Positions 38,169 to 48,183 of a DNA stretch of 64,000 nt are shown here, in pieces (the first letter of the stretch is position 1; each line of letters begins with the position of its first letter). The translations under genes were made by a program, and so were the position numbers. The DNA is from Candidatus Micrarchaeota archaeon (lineage in GTDB: Archaea > Micrarchaeota > Micrarchaeia > Norongarragalinales > Norongarragalinaceae), in contig JACQQD010000011.1 in assembly GCA_016207165.1 (NCBI GenBank), positions 71,715-135,714 of the forward strand, given 5' to 3'. Under the pieces are notes generated by a model. It worked only from the letters and a program-made list of their open reading frames with translations, did no database searches and was not told the origin of the DNA.

Positions 38169-38179
38169 ACAAATCCCAA

Positions 38180-38434
38180 TTAATCGCGCCTATCAAAATG
38201 TGAGCTCATGTGCTCGGCAAAACAATAGGGAAAGTTGTTGACAAAAGTAGCTGAACCGGGTAAAATTGAAAAGCTACCCGAGTGGACTTTTTTACCCGAA
38301 TAAGGGCAAATAACGACTTTCCCTGAAGATTTCTCGATAATGAAACCCTCCGAATCCTTTTTCTTGTCGAACAAATCAAGTATAGAATCTAGATTTTCTT
38401 TTGTGACTTCCAAGACATTGGATATTGTCTTCAT
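38180..38434 (-). CDS. Hypothetical protein, AT-rich islet
   Basis: 84-aa ORF; CPYSG and C...H; GGGGGT upstream. Confidence 0.65.
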   Translation of the reverse strand: MKTISNVLEVTKENLDSILDLFDKKKDSEGFIIEKSSGKVVICPYSGKKVHSGSFSILPGSATFVNNFPYCFAEHMSSHFDRRD

Positions 38435-38589
38435 TGAGTCAACCCCCGCAGATTAGAGAATAACAGGGAGTAAATAAATGTAGGGTTTATTTTTTATACT
38501 CAGAAAGAGAGTCGATTTATAAAGCCCTAGGGAAAGTGCCGCTAAAGGGCACAATGGCACGTTTGCGGCGAGAATCGAGTTTTGCTTAA

Positions 38590-39114
38590 TTAAAGCACTC
38601 TCCGAAACGCGCCTCGCTTTTTCTCGATGACTTCGCCTTCCTCCTTCAACACATACAGCAGCGCTTTGATGCCTTCTTCCGGCAATTTGAGCGTTTGGGA
38701 CAACTCCAGGCTGTCTTTTTCCTCGGACAGAGCGGAAAGAATCCTTCGCGCATTGGTTTCAAAAAACCGCCGGGACACCAAGTAAAACTTCTTGTCAAAC
38801 CCCCGCACTCCCTTGACGTCCCCGGATTTGATGGCCGCCTCGTGACGGCTGGAAAACGTTTTGGCATCCAGTTCCCCGGATAGGACCAGAAACCCGGAGG
38901 GTTCAAGGGGAGAAAAAGGCGCGGACACCGGACCGGTTTTCTTCAAGACGGCTTGCTTGACGTCGGCCAACTTCAAACCGGATTTCACCAAAGCCAGAAC
39001 GCCGTCCTGGACTTCGACGAAGTCGTACTCCTGGCCTTCGGCGAGTCCCAGTTTTTTTCGGAGGGACTCCGGCAAGCTGATGGCCAAAACCTCGCCGTGA
39101 CGAAAGAACCGCAT
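38590..39114 (-). CDS. AbrB/MazE-domain protein with C-terminal winged helix
   Basis: GEVLAISLPESLRKKLGLAEG; LKEEGEVIE. Confidence 0.75.
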   Translation of the reverse strand: MRFFRHGEVLAISLPESLRKKLGLAEGQEYDFVEVQDGVLALVKSGLKLADVKQAVLKKTGPVSAPFSPLEPSGFLVLSGELDAKTFSSRHEAAIKSGDVKGVRGFDKKFYLVSRRFFETNARRILSALSEEKDSLELSQTLKLPEEGIKALLYVLKEEGEVIEKKRGAFRRVL

Positions 39115-39217
39115 GCCATGTTGGATGCCGGGCCCGTGCTTTAAAGGTTTAGAAAAACCGCGGTTTCATTTTTTTCTACTCAACCCTTAAACCCAACCCT
39201 TCCACCCAATTTCGACC

Positions 39218-42200
39218 ATGCGCATGGCGTGGCTCCTGCTTTTGCTTCCTTCCGTGTTCGGCATCAGTTTCGGCGAGTACGCGTTCTGGTTCCCGGAAGT
39301 ACCAGACCGAATCGTATTGCATCCCTGCGCGTCTCTTTCGCAAACCCTGTTCTTGACTCCGGCGGCGGCCCAAAAACCCGGTTTCAGCCAAGGAATCCAA
39401 AGCGCGCTTTTGGCGGTCGAGCAATTCAAGGCGGCCCGCCAGTGGGCGCTTCTGCAGGCCTCGCCCATCATTTTAAACCAAGGCAACGCCGCCGTACATT
39501 TTTTGGCGTCCTCGTACTGCCACCGCCACGCCGCGCAAGGACTGCGTTTGGCCGTGGACGCCGTAAACCATAACTGGGAGGCGTTGGATGCGCAAATCGC
39601 GGACGTTGAATTCATGGGCATGCAAAACCTTGGCCCAACCGGCCGCGTTTTTTCGGCGTTGAAGGAAGCCGAACGCGACATCCAATCCCGCGACAAAGCC
39701 ACGGAATCCCTTGGAAGCGCGTTCGTGCGCGCCCTGGGAAAAACGCAGGACGCCGTAGAGGCCCCGTTGCTTGCAAGGGAGGCGGCCGTGCAACTAATCG
39801 GGCCCCGTGGATTGTTGGAAGCCCAGGTGCGAATCATCAACGACATCCAAAAAGCCCGGGAGAACGTCGAAGACCAGTACCACGAGTTGGGCGACGACGT
39901 GACGCAGCGCCTGCAGGACGCGCGGCGCCTGCAAGCGGACGTGGACGCCGAGAAACTGTTTTTGGTGCCGGAAAACGCGTTCCGCGTGGCATCCGCGGAC
40001 TACACCCAAACCGGCACCGTCCAGTCGTTTCCCGCGCTTTACAAGCAGGCACAAAACGGCATCCAGGACGGCGCCGAAGAACAGAAAAATGCGGAGCGAA
40101 CCTGGAAGGAGAAGGAACGCGGGTTCGGCGCACGGTCGCTGGACTATTTGGACGCCGCGCGCCAGCACGCAGATGCCGCCGTGGCGGGCCTGACCTCCGT
40201 CAAACGCCAGGGCGAAAACCTGGAAAAAGACGTTTTGACGTCCGTGGAATCCTTGGTTCAAAGATTGGGTGAACGAAAGTCCGACGATGCCGTGCTGGAA
40301 TACCGGCGGCTCCAAGCCATTGAAACCAGCCAAAACCCGTTGGCGGACACGCAGGGAGAGCGCATCCTGCAATTGGTGCACGCCCACGACATGCTTGAAG
40401 AAGTCCAAAAACGCTTTCTTTCGCCGGTGGACCAAGTCACCGAAATCCGCCGAGAACTTGCGCGAGTCGAAAACCTCATTTCGCGTGCGGAAAAAGACGG
40501 CGTAACCGTTGACGCCGAAAAACAGGCGTGGCAGGCCCTGCAATCCGTCTCCGAAAACGTGGAGGACGCCGAACCCTTCCTAGGAAAGCTTGACGAACTG
40601 CATGGACAAGTCATTGCCGCGGCCCAAAAACGCTTCGCCTCGTTGCCAAAGCGGCGCGCGGCACTGGCCGCGTACCAGCCCTTCATCCTCCTTCCGCAAG
40701 GATTGGGCGAAAGCGATGAGTTGGTTTGGAGCGACGCCATCGGCTCGCTTAAAGGCATGGCCGAGGAAATGGAACGGCTTGAGTCTACCGTGGAAAAACA
40801 AAGACGGACGTGGCTGTTGGATCACCTCGAAAAAAACCGGCGCGTGCAGACGGCATCCACTTCCGTGCGCGCCGACGAGCCCGCCACGCAAACCATCCAC
40901 GTCACATACGCCAACCAACTTGACTTCGGCGACGAAGACCCCCTTTTCTTGGCGTGGCCGGAGGCCGTGCCCAAGGACGCGACGCTCATTCAAGCCGACG
41001 CGGGCCTGCGCGTGCTTTCGGGAACCCTTCTACTAAAAGCCGTTGAACCCCACAGCGAGTATTCAGCCACGTGGCAGGCCAACGCCACCCCCGTCCGCAC
41101 GCTTTCCTGGGTTGAAAAAACCCGGCACGCCTCCACGGCCCGGATTGTGCGGGAGGTCACCTGGACGTACTCCAGTTCCCTGGAGCAGCCCGTCCAATTG
41201 GAACACGACTTCGGCCACGAAGTAAACCAAGTAACGGGTCTTGCGGACGCGGCGATAAACCAAGGCGTTCTCCACACCGTGGTGCCGGCGGTCACCGGAA
41301 AAAACACCGCCGCGTTTTCATACGTCGTCGAAAACCCCGTCATAGTGGCCAAGCACGCCGATGAAGGCGCGTGGAAGTACACGATGCGAAACACGCTTCC
41401 GTTCGCGTATTCTCTGGAAGTTGAATTTCAGGAAATCACGGCGTGCCCAATGGCTTCCACCGATTTTTACGTGGCGTCCCCCTCGGAAAACCTCCGCATC
41501 CTGTCGGCCAACGTCACCCTGGACGCCCTCGAGGAAAAAACGCGGTACGCGACGCTGGACTGCCCCAAGGATTCCCTGGCCAACCAGACCAAAATGTTCT
41601 CCGGATTGCCGACGCTCTCCAGCGAACAAAAACGGGTCTTGACGCAAGCCGAAGACGCGTTAACTCAGGGCCGGACCGACGACGCGGCGTGGTGGTTGTT
41701 CCAGTTGCAAGCCCCCCATTTCCAACCCGACCTCTTGGCCCAAGCGCGCACCCTGGCGGGCGCGTCGGAAGCCGCGCAAACGCTTTTTGCTTCAGCCCAA
41801 GACGCGATGCGGCGCGGGGATGAAACAGCCGCCAAGCAGTGGATCCAACAATTGGAGGACCACGTCGAAACGGAAAGAAACGTCGTGCAAGGACAGTTGA
41901 CCGCGTTGTGCGCGAAGTGTCCGGAACCCGTAGAAAAAATCCGCGCCGACGCCGAAAACTTTTTGTTCACCGGGCAACTCCAGAAGGCACGAGACGCCCT
42001 GGCGCGGGCCAGACCAATCCTGGAAGAGCACGAACGCCAGCAACAAGCCGAAGACTTGGATTTGCAGGCCGCATTGGAGGCGTTGGACGAAGTAGGATGG
42101 CCGCAAGTTCCCGCTTTCCAGACGGCGTTTGACGTGCCGGCCAGCGTCACGAACTGGCGCGGCCGGCAACCCAATTACCAGTCGGCCAAGAAAAACCACG

Positions 42201-42637
42201 AAGCCCTGTCCAAGAACGTGGCGCAACTGGACGAGTACCGAAAACGGGCGGCTGAAGGAAAAGCGGTGACCGGTGCGTCCATCCGGCTTGTACTGGATGG
42301 TGCACGAACGAACGCCGAAAAACTGGATGCGGACTTGGCGCAGGCCCGCCAAAACGCCAAGGACGCGGTCGACGTGGCGCAAAAAGCGGTGCAGCAGTTT
42401 GGCGCGCCATCCGACAAGACCGCGCTGAAAGAAGCCGAGGAAGCGCTGGCAGAAAACCGCTTCGCATTGGCCCAATTTTCCGCCGAGCAAGTGGCCGGAC
42501 GCACGCAAAAAAATCCGGCCACCGCCCACCTCGCCGCGGAACCCGGGACCCTCGCGGTAGGCGTCGGCGCGCTGGTGGTGCTTGGAGCCTTGGCGTACCA
42601 CTTTCGGAAACCGGAAAAGCCGTTGGAGGAATTGTAG
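39218..42637 (+). CDS. Large exported coiled-coil protein with C-terminal TM anchor
   Basis: 1139 aa; signal peptide; helical regions; central beta-rich region; C-terminal TM. Confidence 0.8.
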   Translation: MRMAWLLLLLPSVFGISFGEYAFWFPEVPDRIVLHPCASLSQTLFLTPAAAQKPGFSQGIQSALLAVEQFKAARQWALLQASPIILNQGNAAVHFLASSYCHRHAAQGLRLAVDAVNHNWEALDAQIADVEFMGMQNLGPTGRVFSALKEAERDIQSRDKATESLGSAFVRALGKTQDAVEAPLLAREAAVQLIGPRGLLEAQVRIINDIQKARENVEDQYHELGDDVTQRLQDARRLQADVDAEKLFLVPENAFRVASADYTQTGTVQSFPALYKQAQNGIQDGAEEQKNAERTWKEKERGFGARSLDYLDAARQHADAAVAGLTSVKRQGENLEKDVLTSVESLVQRLGERKSDDAVLEYRRLQAIETSQNPLADTQGERILQLVHAHDMLEEVQKRFLSPVDQVTEIRRELARVENLISRAEKDGVTVDAEKQAWQALQSVSENVEDAEPFLGKLDELHGQVIAAAQKRFASLPKRRAALAAYQPFILLPQGLGESDELVWSDAIGSLKGMAEEMERLESTVEKQRRTWLLDHLEKNRRVQTASTSVRADEPATQTIHVTYANQLDFGDEDPLFLAWPEAVPKDATLIQADAGLRVLSGTLLLKAVEPHSEYSATWQANATPVRTLSWVEKTRHASTARIVREVTWTYSSSLEQPVQLEHDFGHEVNQVTGLADAAINQGVLHTVVPAVTGKNTAAFSYVVENPVIVAKHADEGAWKYTMRNTLPFAYSLEVEFQEITACPMASTDFYVASPSENLRILSANVTLDALEEKTRYATLDCPKDSLANQTKMFSGLPTLSSEQKRVLTQAEDALTQGRTDDAAWWLFQLQAPHFQPDLLAQARTLAGASEAAQTLFASAQDAMRRGDETAAKQWIQQLEDHVETERNVVQGQLTALCAKCPEPVEKIRADAENFLFTGQLQKARDALARARPILEEHERQQQAEDLDLQAALEALDEVGWPQVPAFQTAFDVPASVTNWRGRQPNYQSAKKNHEALSKNVAQLDEYRKRAAEGKAVTGASIRLVLDGARTNAEKLDADLAQARQNAKDAVDVAQKAVQQFGAPSDKTALKEAEEALAENRFALAQFSAEQVAGRTQKNPATAHLAAEPGTLAVGVGALVVLGALAYHFRKPEKPLEEL

Positions 42638-42673
42638 CAACGCTTTTTAGCCTGGCGTGCCTGGACTTGCTTC

Positions 42674-43318
42674 ATGGACGTCAAGCTTCCCACCTGGGAC
42701 GAACTGCAAGGGCTGGTGCCGTTTCTCCCAAAGAAAAAGCCGGTGCACAAGCTCAAGTGGAGCCTGCCGGAACAGCGATTCACCCTGCCGGTTCAAGACG
42801 CCGAAAAGGCCGTCTTTGACTTGAAGAAGAAGGGCGCCACATTCGTTTCCGGCGGCGAATTCAGCGATGTCGTGCACGCCAAAGAATACGGCCAAGGCGT
42901 GTTTGCGTACTTCGTCGTCCGCATCGAGAAGAAAACCGAAGACGAACACGTCTTGTTCGACGGGTACATGATCCAAGAAGAAGAACCCCTTAACCTGGAT
43001 TTGACCAGCTCCTTTTCATTCATGGAGGACTTGGAACAACTCGGCTACCAACAAGTGCTCCAGCGTTCCGTCACGGAGTGGCGGCTTTCCAAACTCCCAC
43101 TAAAAATGGTCGTGGTGGACGTGGAAGGATTCGGCCAATTCCTGGAAATCGCGTTGCCCGCCACGAAAATCGAGAAGCAACGGGAAACCCAGCAAAAAGC
43201 CCTGGAAGACCTCGTCAAGAAATTGGATGCAAAACTTCAAGACGCCATTCCCACCGACGTCATCACGCTGCAGTGGCTCTCCGAACAGCAAAAACAAGCC
43301 GGGGCGCCGCCCCAATAA
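42674..43318 (+). CDS. CYTH-domain (class IV adenylate cyclase-like) protein, divergent
   Basis: LEQLGY...VDVEGFGQFLEI. Confidence 0.65.
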   Translation: MDVKLPTWDELQGLVPFLPKKKPVHKLKWSLPEQRFTLPVQDAEKAVFDLKKKGATFVSGGEFSDVVHAKEYGQGVFAYFVVRIEKKTEDEHVLFDGYMIQEEEPLNLDLTSSFSFMEDLEQLGYQQVLQRSVTEWRLSKLPLKMVVVDVEGFGQFLEIALPATKIEKQRETQQKALEDLVKKLDAKLQDAIPTDVITLQWLSEQQKQAGAPPQ

Positions 43319-43480
43319 AACGGAAAAGAACTTTCGCTTTTTCGGTTTTGAAGATGGGCGAGATTCGACGCCTGCCGTAACTTTAGCCATAGATTATTAC
43401 CAAGTAGCTACCAACCGGCGTTATCTATTTGATAAATACCTGAGACGCGCCATACGGTTACCCAATTTACAAGTGGGTTT

Positions 43481-44965
43481 GTGAGACCTATAGAAAAAAG
43501 GCGTGCAAGCACCATCGAGAAAGCGGTCCTCACGGTCACGGTGACTGCTTTGCTACTCGCAGGATGCGTGGCACCGCTTCCCTCGAATCTACCTACCCCG
43601 ACGTCCTCTCTAACTCCAACACCCATTCTTTCCTCTACGCCTGTCCTCGCGGACGTCCAAATCTGCACTCCTGACTTACTTTTATGCAACGGCAACCTCG
43701 TAGTGCGATGCTCGCCGGATGGAAACAGTATTACCGCGATTTATGACTGTTCGCCGCAGCCATGCGCTTACGGCCGATGCGCGCTGCTCCGTGAAACCCC
43801 TATCGTGCAGGCAACAGCAACACCGTTCTTCCCAACCCCAACGTCTTTCGCTGCCGTAGCTACACCACCCTTACTTGTCGTTGAATGCCCAGAAACGGTA
43901 TGCCTCTTTGAAGACTCAGCGTGGTTCCGCCTCTCGGGTCCAGGGTGCGGCTACTCCTGCTACGCAACCCCGAATGTTCAAGGGTGCTATTACTACACCG
44001 CGCGATACTGTCCCTACGGCTGTTCAAACGGCGAGTGCGTACTGCCAACGGCTACACCAACGAGCACGGCAATCACCAGGCCCATCTCAACCTCAACTCC
44101 AACCGCCTCAACACCGCCTGCGAGCCCCGCGCCAACCCCTGCCGCGTGCGCGCAACAGGGCCAGTCGTGCTCTTCCAGATTCCCCTGCTGTTCAGGCCTT
44201 GTGTGCAACGCGGGTTGGACGAGCACATGCAAGCAACCCAGTACGGCATCGCCCACGCCGACTCCTACCACACAGCCCGCGCTTAGCGTAACACAAGTGC
44301 TGGATGGTGATACCGTAGTCCTCAGCGATTTCTCCAGGGTGCGCTTACTCGGAATCGACACCCCGGAAAGCGACCAGTTTTACTATAGCAATTCGAGGGC
44401 CGCCCTGGAAAGGCTTGTTCTGCAGAAAGAGGTAACACTAGAAGCCGACACGGACCCAATAGACCAGTACGGACGTCTGCTCCGCTATGTTTACGCCGAC
44501 GGCGTGTTTGTTAACCGGGAAATGGTTTCACGCGGGCACGCTCACGTTCGCATATACTCGTCCAACACCAGGTATGCTGCCACTTTGCGCGCCGCCCAAC
44601 AAACTGCGAAGGCCGCCGCCACCAACTATTGGACGCCTTCCTCCATAACCTGCATTGCGGTCAGCTCTTTCCAATACGCAGACACAACCGACGAACGGTT
44701 TACACTACAAAACAACTGCCCCAATGCGGTGGACCTGTCGAATTGGGTTGGCTACGACGAAGGCAACGAACAATATCGCTTCCCTATCTTCACCCTCACA
44801 AACGGATCCATGGTCACTGTGCATACCTTTTCGGGAACAAATACCGGAGTAGATCTCTACTGGGGCCGACCTTCCAATCGGTATATCTGGAACAACGACT
44901 ATGACACGCTCTTCTTACGTGATACGAGCGGCCTGCTGGTTTTGACCTATTCCTACGGTCAATAG
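43481..44965 (+). CDS. Lipoprotein thermonuclease with Cys-rich modules and lamin-tail-like domain
   Basis: LLAGC; VLDGDT..VRLLGIDTPE; DQYGRLLRY; IWNNDYDT. Confidence 0.88.
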   Translation: MRPIEKRRASTIEKAVLTVTVTALLLAGCVAPLPSNLPTPTSSLTPTPILSSTPVLADVQICTPDLLLCNGNLVVRCSPDGNSITAIYDCSPQPCAYGRCALLRETPIVQATATPFFPTPTSFAAVATPPLLVVECPETVCLFEDSAWFRLSGPGCGYSCYATPNVQGCYYYTARYCPYGCSNGECVLPTATPTSTAITRPISTSTPTASTPPASPAPTPAACAQQGQSCSSRFPCCSGLVCNAGWTSTCKQPSTASPTPTPTTQPALSVTQVLDGDTVVLSDFSRVRLLGIDTPESDQFYYSNSRAALERLVLQKEVTLEADTDPIDQYGRLLRYVYADGVFVNREMVSRGHAHVRIYSSNTRYAATLRAAQQTAKAAATNYWTPSSITCIAVSSFQYADTTDERFTLQNNCPNAVDLSNWVGYDEGNEQYRFPIFTLTNGSMVTVHTFSGTNTGVDLYWGRPSNRYIWNNDYDTLFLRDTSGLLVLTYSYGQ

Positions 44966-45016
44966 AAATCAGGCATGAAAAAAAAGCGTGTAAAAAAACA
45001 GAAAATCAATCGGGAT

Positions 45017-45121
45017 TTACGAGTCGTCCTCGAAGTCGGCTTCATCGTCCCAGTCTTCGTCCTCTTCCCAGTCGTCCTCGTCTTCCCAATCCTCTTCGGA
45101 TTTGCGTTTTTTCTTCGGCAT
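45017..45121 (-). CDS. 34-aa acidic microprotein with basic N-terminus
   Basis: MPKKKRKSEEDWEDEDDWEEDEDWDDEADFEDDS; GGTGA Shine-Dalgarno. Confidence 0.6.
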   Translation of the reverse strand: MPKKKRKSEEDWEDEDDWEEDEDWDDEADFEDDS

Positions 45122-45148
45122 CACGGGTCACCACAAAGGGTGCATTGA

Positions 45149-45694
45149 TTAGCGCATCGGCTTTATAAACTTGTCGCGGCCGGCGTGGCGCACCAGCCAC
45201 TCGGACCAATCCGCGGCGTCGGCGCGTCCCTCCCGGATCTTATCCCAAAGCGCTCCGACGGTCAACCGGTGCGTCGCATCCACCTGCACGATTTTGGGGT
45301 AAAAAGACTCCGCGCGCACCAAACAATAATCCAACGCCTCCGCCAACAAATTGTCCTCGGTCTTGGGTTTGGCATATTTGCGCTTGGCCAAGCGCTTGCG
45401 CAACTCTTCGGGCTCGCAACGCAGAACCACCATGACGTCGACAGGCAAAAAAAACTCGCACAACAGGTGGCTGTCCAAGACCAAGTCGTCGTATCGCTTC
45501 AACCTGTACGCCAAGCCCTTGCGCAGTTTCGTCAAGTACACCGTTTTTTCCCGATCGCCGCGGCGCACGTAATACCACTTCTTCTCGTCGACAAGTTCCT
45601 TGACGTCCAAGTACGCGTAGCCCAATACATGGGCAAGCGCCTTGGCCGCCGTCGTCTTGCCGGTGCCGGGAGTCCCCGTGATGCCGATGCGCAT
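45149..45694 (-). CDS. AK6/Fap7-type adenylate kinase
   Basis: ITGTPGTGKTT, LDSH, LRC.PEEL..RL..R.Y...K..DN. Confidence 0.92.
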   Translation of the reverse strand: MRIGITGTPGTGKTTAAKALAHVLGYAYLDVKELVDEKKWYYVRRGDREKTVYLTKLRKGLAYRLKRYDDLVLDSHLLCEFFLPVDVMVVLRCEPEELRKRLAKRKYAKPKTEDNLLAEALDYCLVRAESFYPKIVQVDATHRLTVGALWDKIREGRADAADWSEWLVRHAGRDKFIKPMR

Positions 45695-45748
45695 ACAGGC
45701 GTTGACGCACCCGCCGCATTTAAAACGCTGGGGACGAAAGAAAAGTCA

Positions 45749-46669
45749 ATGGCATCCCTGAACATCGCCGTGATTGGCGGAGACGCCGAAAACCGGAAAT
45801 CCGTGGCATCGGCCCTTGGAAAAAAAGCCACGGTCCAGGACGTCACCACGTACACCACCGTCTTTCAAGGAAAAAACGTGACCGTGGTGGAGCCCTCGGC
45901 CTATCCGGAAAAGCCCGCGGCGTTGATCATGGCCCTGAATGCCGCGGATTTTGTGGTCCTGCTTTCAGATCCCAGCCCCTTTTTAGGCGAAATGCTCGTC
46001 GCCCTCTCGCTGTTGTCCAAAAGCCACGGCTGCGTCATTGGACCAAGCGACGTTTCCGCGTATTTGGCCGAAGCCAACTTGCGGTACGAAACCTTTGACG
46101 ACATCACTCAGGCCAAAGCCCACATCTTGTCAAAGGACATGCCGCATGACGCCGACGCACCGCTGAAAGCGTGGATCGACCAAAGCTTTGACGTCAAAGG
46201 CGTGGGAGCCGTGGCGCTGGGCTGGGTCAAAAAAGGCGCCATCCACGTGCACGACGAACTGTCCGTGTTTCCTCAAGAAAAAAAAATCGAGGTCCGCTCC
46301 ATCCAGGAAAATGACGTCGACGTAAAGCAAGCTCAAGCAGGCGACCGCTTCGGCATCCGCTTCAAGGGACTTGAACCCGGCGACCTCTCGCGCGGCAACG
46401 TGCTGGGCGTTGCGAAAACATTTTCTGAAATTGAGGCCACCGTTTCCGTTCCGAAATACCTCAAAGCCCCGCCCGGCAAGACGCTTCACGCCGTCGCGGG
46501 CCTGCAAAGCGTGCCCTGCGTCGTGAACCCATTGCTTGAACCCGGAAAAAACGTGGACGGCCTCATCCAATTCCACAAACCCGTCGCGTTGGCCCACGAC
46601 GACGTGACGCTGTTGGACTTGAACGAAAAACGACTGCGCATCGCCGGAGTAGCCCTTGGAGTCGGTTAA
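45749..46669 (+). CDS. SelB-like/EF-Tu-related protein with degenerate G domain
   Basis: IDQSFDVKGVGAVALG; VRSIQ..D.D...A.AGDR.G. Confidence 0.8.
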   Translation: MASLNIAVIGGDAENRKSVASALGKKATVQDVTTYTTVFQGKNVTVVEPSAYPEKPAALIMALNAADFVVLLSDPSPFLGEMLVALSLLSKSHGCVIGPSDVSAYLAEANLRYETFDDITQAKAHILSKDMPHDADAPLKAWIDQSFDVKGVGAVALGWVKKGAIHVHDELSVFPQEKKIEVRSIQENDVDVKQAQAGDRFGIRFKGLEPGDLSRGNVLGVAKTFSEIEATVSVPKYLKAPPGKTLHAVAGLQSVPCVVNPLLEPGKNVDGLIQFHKPVALAHDDVTLLDLNEKRLRIAGVALGVG

Positions 46670-46981
46670 ATGCTAGTCATGGCCTACATTGCGTGCAAAA
46701 ACCAAGAAGAGGCGGAATCCATCGGAAAAAAACTGGTGGAAGAAAAACTCATCGCCTGCGCCAACGTCATTCCGTCCGTGGCGTCCACGTTTTCATGGAA
46801 TGGAGAAACTCAAACGCAAAACGAAGCGCTCTTGATTCTAAAGACCTTGAAACGCAAGATGGACGCCGTGGAAGAACGCGTCAGACAACTGCACTCCTAC
46901 GACGTGCCCTGCATCGCGTTTTATCCGGCCGTGCACGCCAACGCGCAATACGTGAAATGGGTCGAAACCGTGGTGTCATGA
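46670..46981 (+). CDS. cutA: Divalent cation tolerance protein
   Basis: LVEEKLIACAN, HSYDVPCI. Confidence 0.93.
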   Translation: MLVMAYIACKNQEEAESIGKKLVEEKLIACANVIPSVASTFSWNGETQTQNEALLILKTLKRKMDAVEERVRQLHSYDVPCIAFYPAVHANAQYVKWVETVVS

Positions 46982-47784
46982 TCGCGGGGTTGGACTGGGG
47001 CGGCAGCTTTGCCGACGCGGTCCTCTGGAAGGAAGAATTATCCGCCACATACAGCGTGCCTTCCCGGCAAACCACGGCCGAGAACCTGTTGGCCGGATTG
47101 TTGAGCCAGGAAAACCTCACCGCCGAAAAACTGGAATACGTGGCGGTCACCGGCGGCGACCAAAACCGCGTCGGCAAGACGCTATTCGGCGTGCCCGTGC
47201 GCGTGCAAGACGAAATCCAAAGCATCGCCCGCGGCGCGCACCACGCGTCCAAAAAAAATGAAGCCGTCGCCGTGTCCTGCGGCACCGGCACCGCCATCGT
47301 CTACTTTTTGCAAGACGAGGGATTCCACGTCCTGCACTTGGGCGGAACCGCGGTGGGCGGCGGGACACTGGAAGGACTGGCGCGCGCGTGGCTTGGCGTC
47401 GAGGTCACGGAACTAGAAAAGTTGGCGCAAACCGGCCAAGCCCTGGACTTGACCGTCGGCGACATCGTGGGCAGCGGCATCGGCATGGTGCCCGCGGATG
47501 CGACGGCATCGCATCTGGCCAAGGCCACCAAAGACGCCAAGCCAGAGGATGCCGCCAAAAGCCTCCTGCACTTGGTCGCGGAAACCATTGGCACCGTTGC
47601 GAGCCTCGCGGCGGACAAGACGGGCTGCAACGAATTGGTGTTCACCGGACGCGTGGCGAAAAACAAGGCCGTCCAGGAACGCATCGAAAAAACGACGAAA
47701 CTGTATGGAAAGAACGCGCATTTTCCAGAAAACGGGGAATACGCCACAGCCATCGGCGCGGCGATTCAATCCAAAACCTCATGA
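46978..47784 (+). CDS. Type II pantothenate kinase (ASKHA/Fumble-like)
   Basis: GLDWGGS, VTGG, E, GTGT, GGTAVGGGTL.GL, DLTVGDI, ATAIGA. Confidence 0.82.
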   Translation: MIAGLDWGGSFADAVLWKEELSATYSVPSRQTTAENLLAGLLSQENLTAEKLEYVAVTGGDQNRVGKTLFGVPVRVQDEIQSIARGAHHASKKNEAVAVSCGTGTAIVYFLQDEGFHVLHLGGTAVGGGTLEGLARAWLGVEVTELEKLAQTGQALDLTVGDIVGSGIGMVPADATASHLAKATKDAKPEDAAKSLLHLVAETIGTVASLAADKTGCNELVFTGRVAKNKAVQERIEKTTKLYGKNAHFPENGEYATAIGAAIQSKTS

Positions 47785-47928
47785 AAAAGGGGAGAGCCGG
47801 GAGCATCCACCCCACCCACGAAACGGATGTCCCACCCTTCAAGCGCCGTTATCGCGACGCCAACAAAGAATAGCCATCCGAAAACGAGTTTAAATAGCCA
47901 GGGACAGGTCCTGGCCGGTGAAAAAAAG

Positions 47929-48117
47929 TTAGATGTGGCTTTGAAGCACGCGGACTTCCTGGGGCGTGAGCTTGACCACGGAACTCAAACCACACTTGGG
48001 GCACTCGGGGTGATGCAGCGACAACTGCGTCTTGGCCGTGTCCTCGGAAGGCACAAACAAGAATGTTTCCTCGCACGCGCCGCACTGCACGTTGCGGGCC
48101 AATTCCTTGCACTTCAT
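47929..48117 (-). CDS. Small zinc-ribbon protein
   Basis: CGAC...CPKC. Confidence 0.55.
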   Translation of the reverse strand: MKCKELARNVQCGACEETFLFVPSEDTAKTQLSLHHPECPKCGLSSVVKLTPQEVRVLQSHI

Positions 48118-48183
48118 AGGGACAATAAATAGGGCTAAACTCCTTTATATCCCCCGTCGTTTGACGAAGACGCTGGCGGCGGT

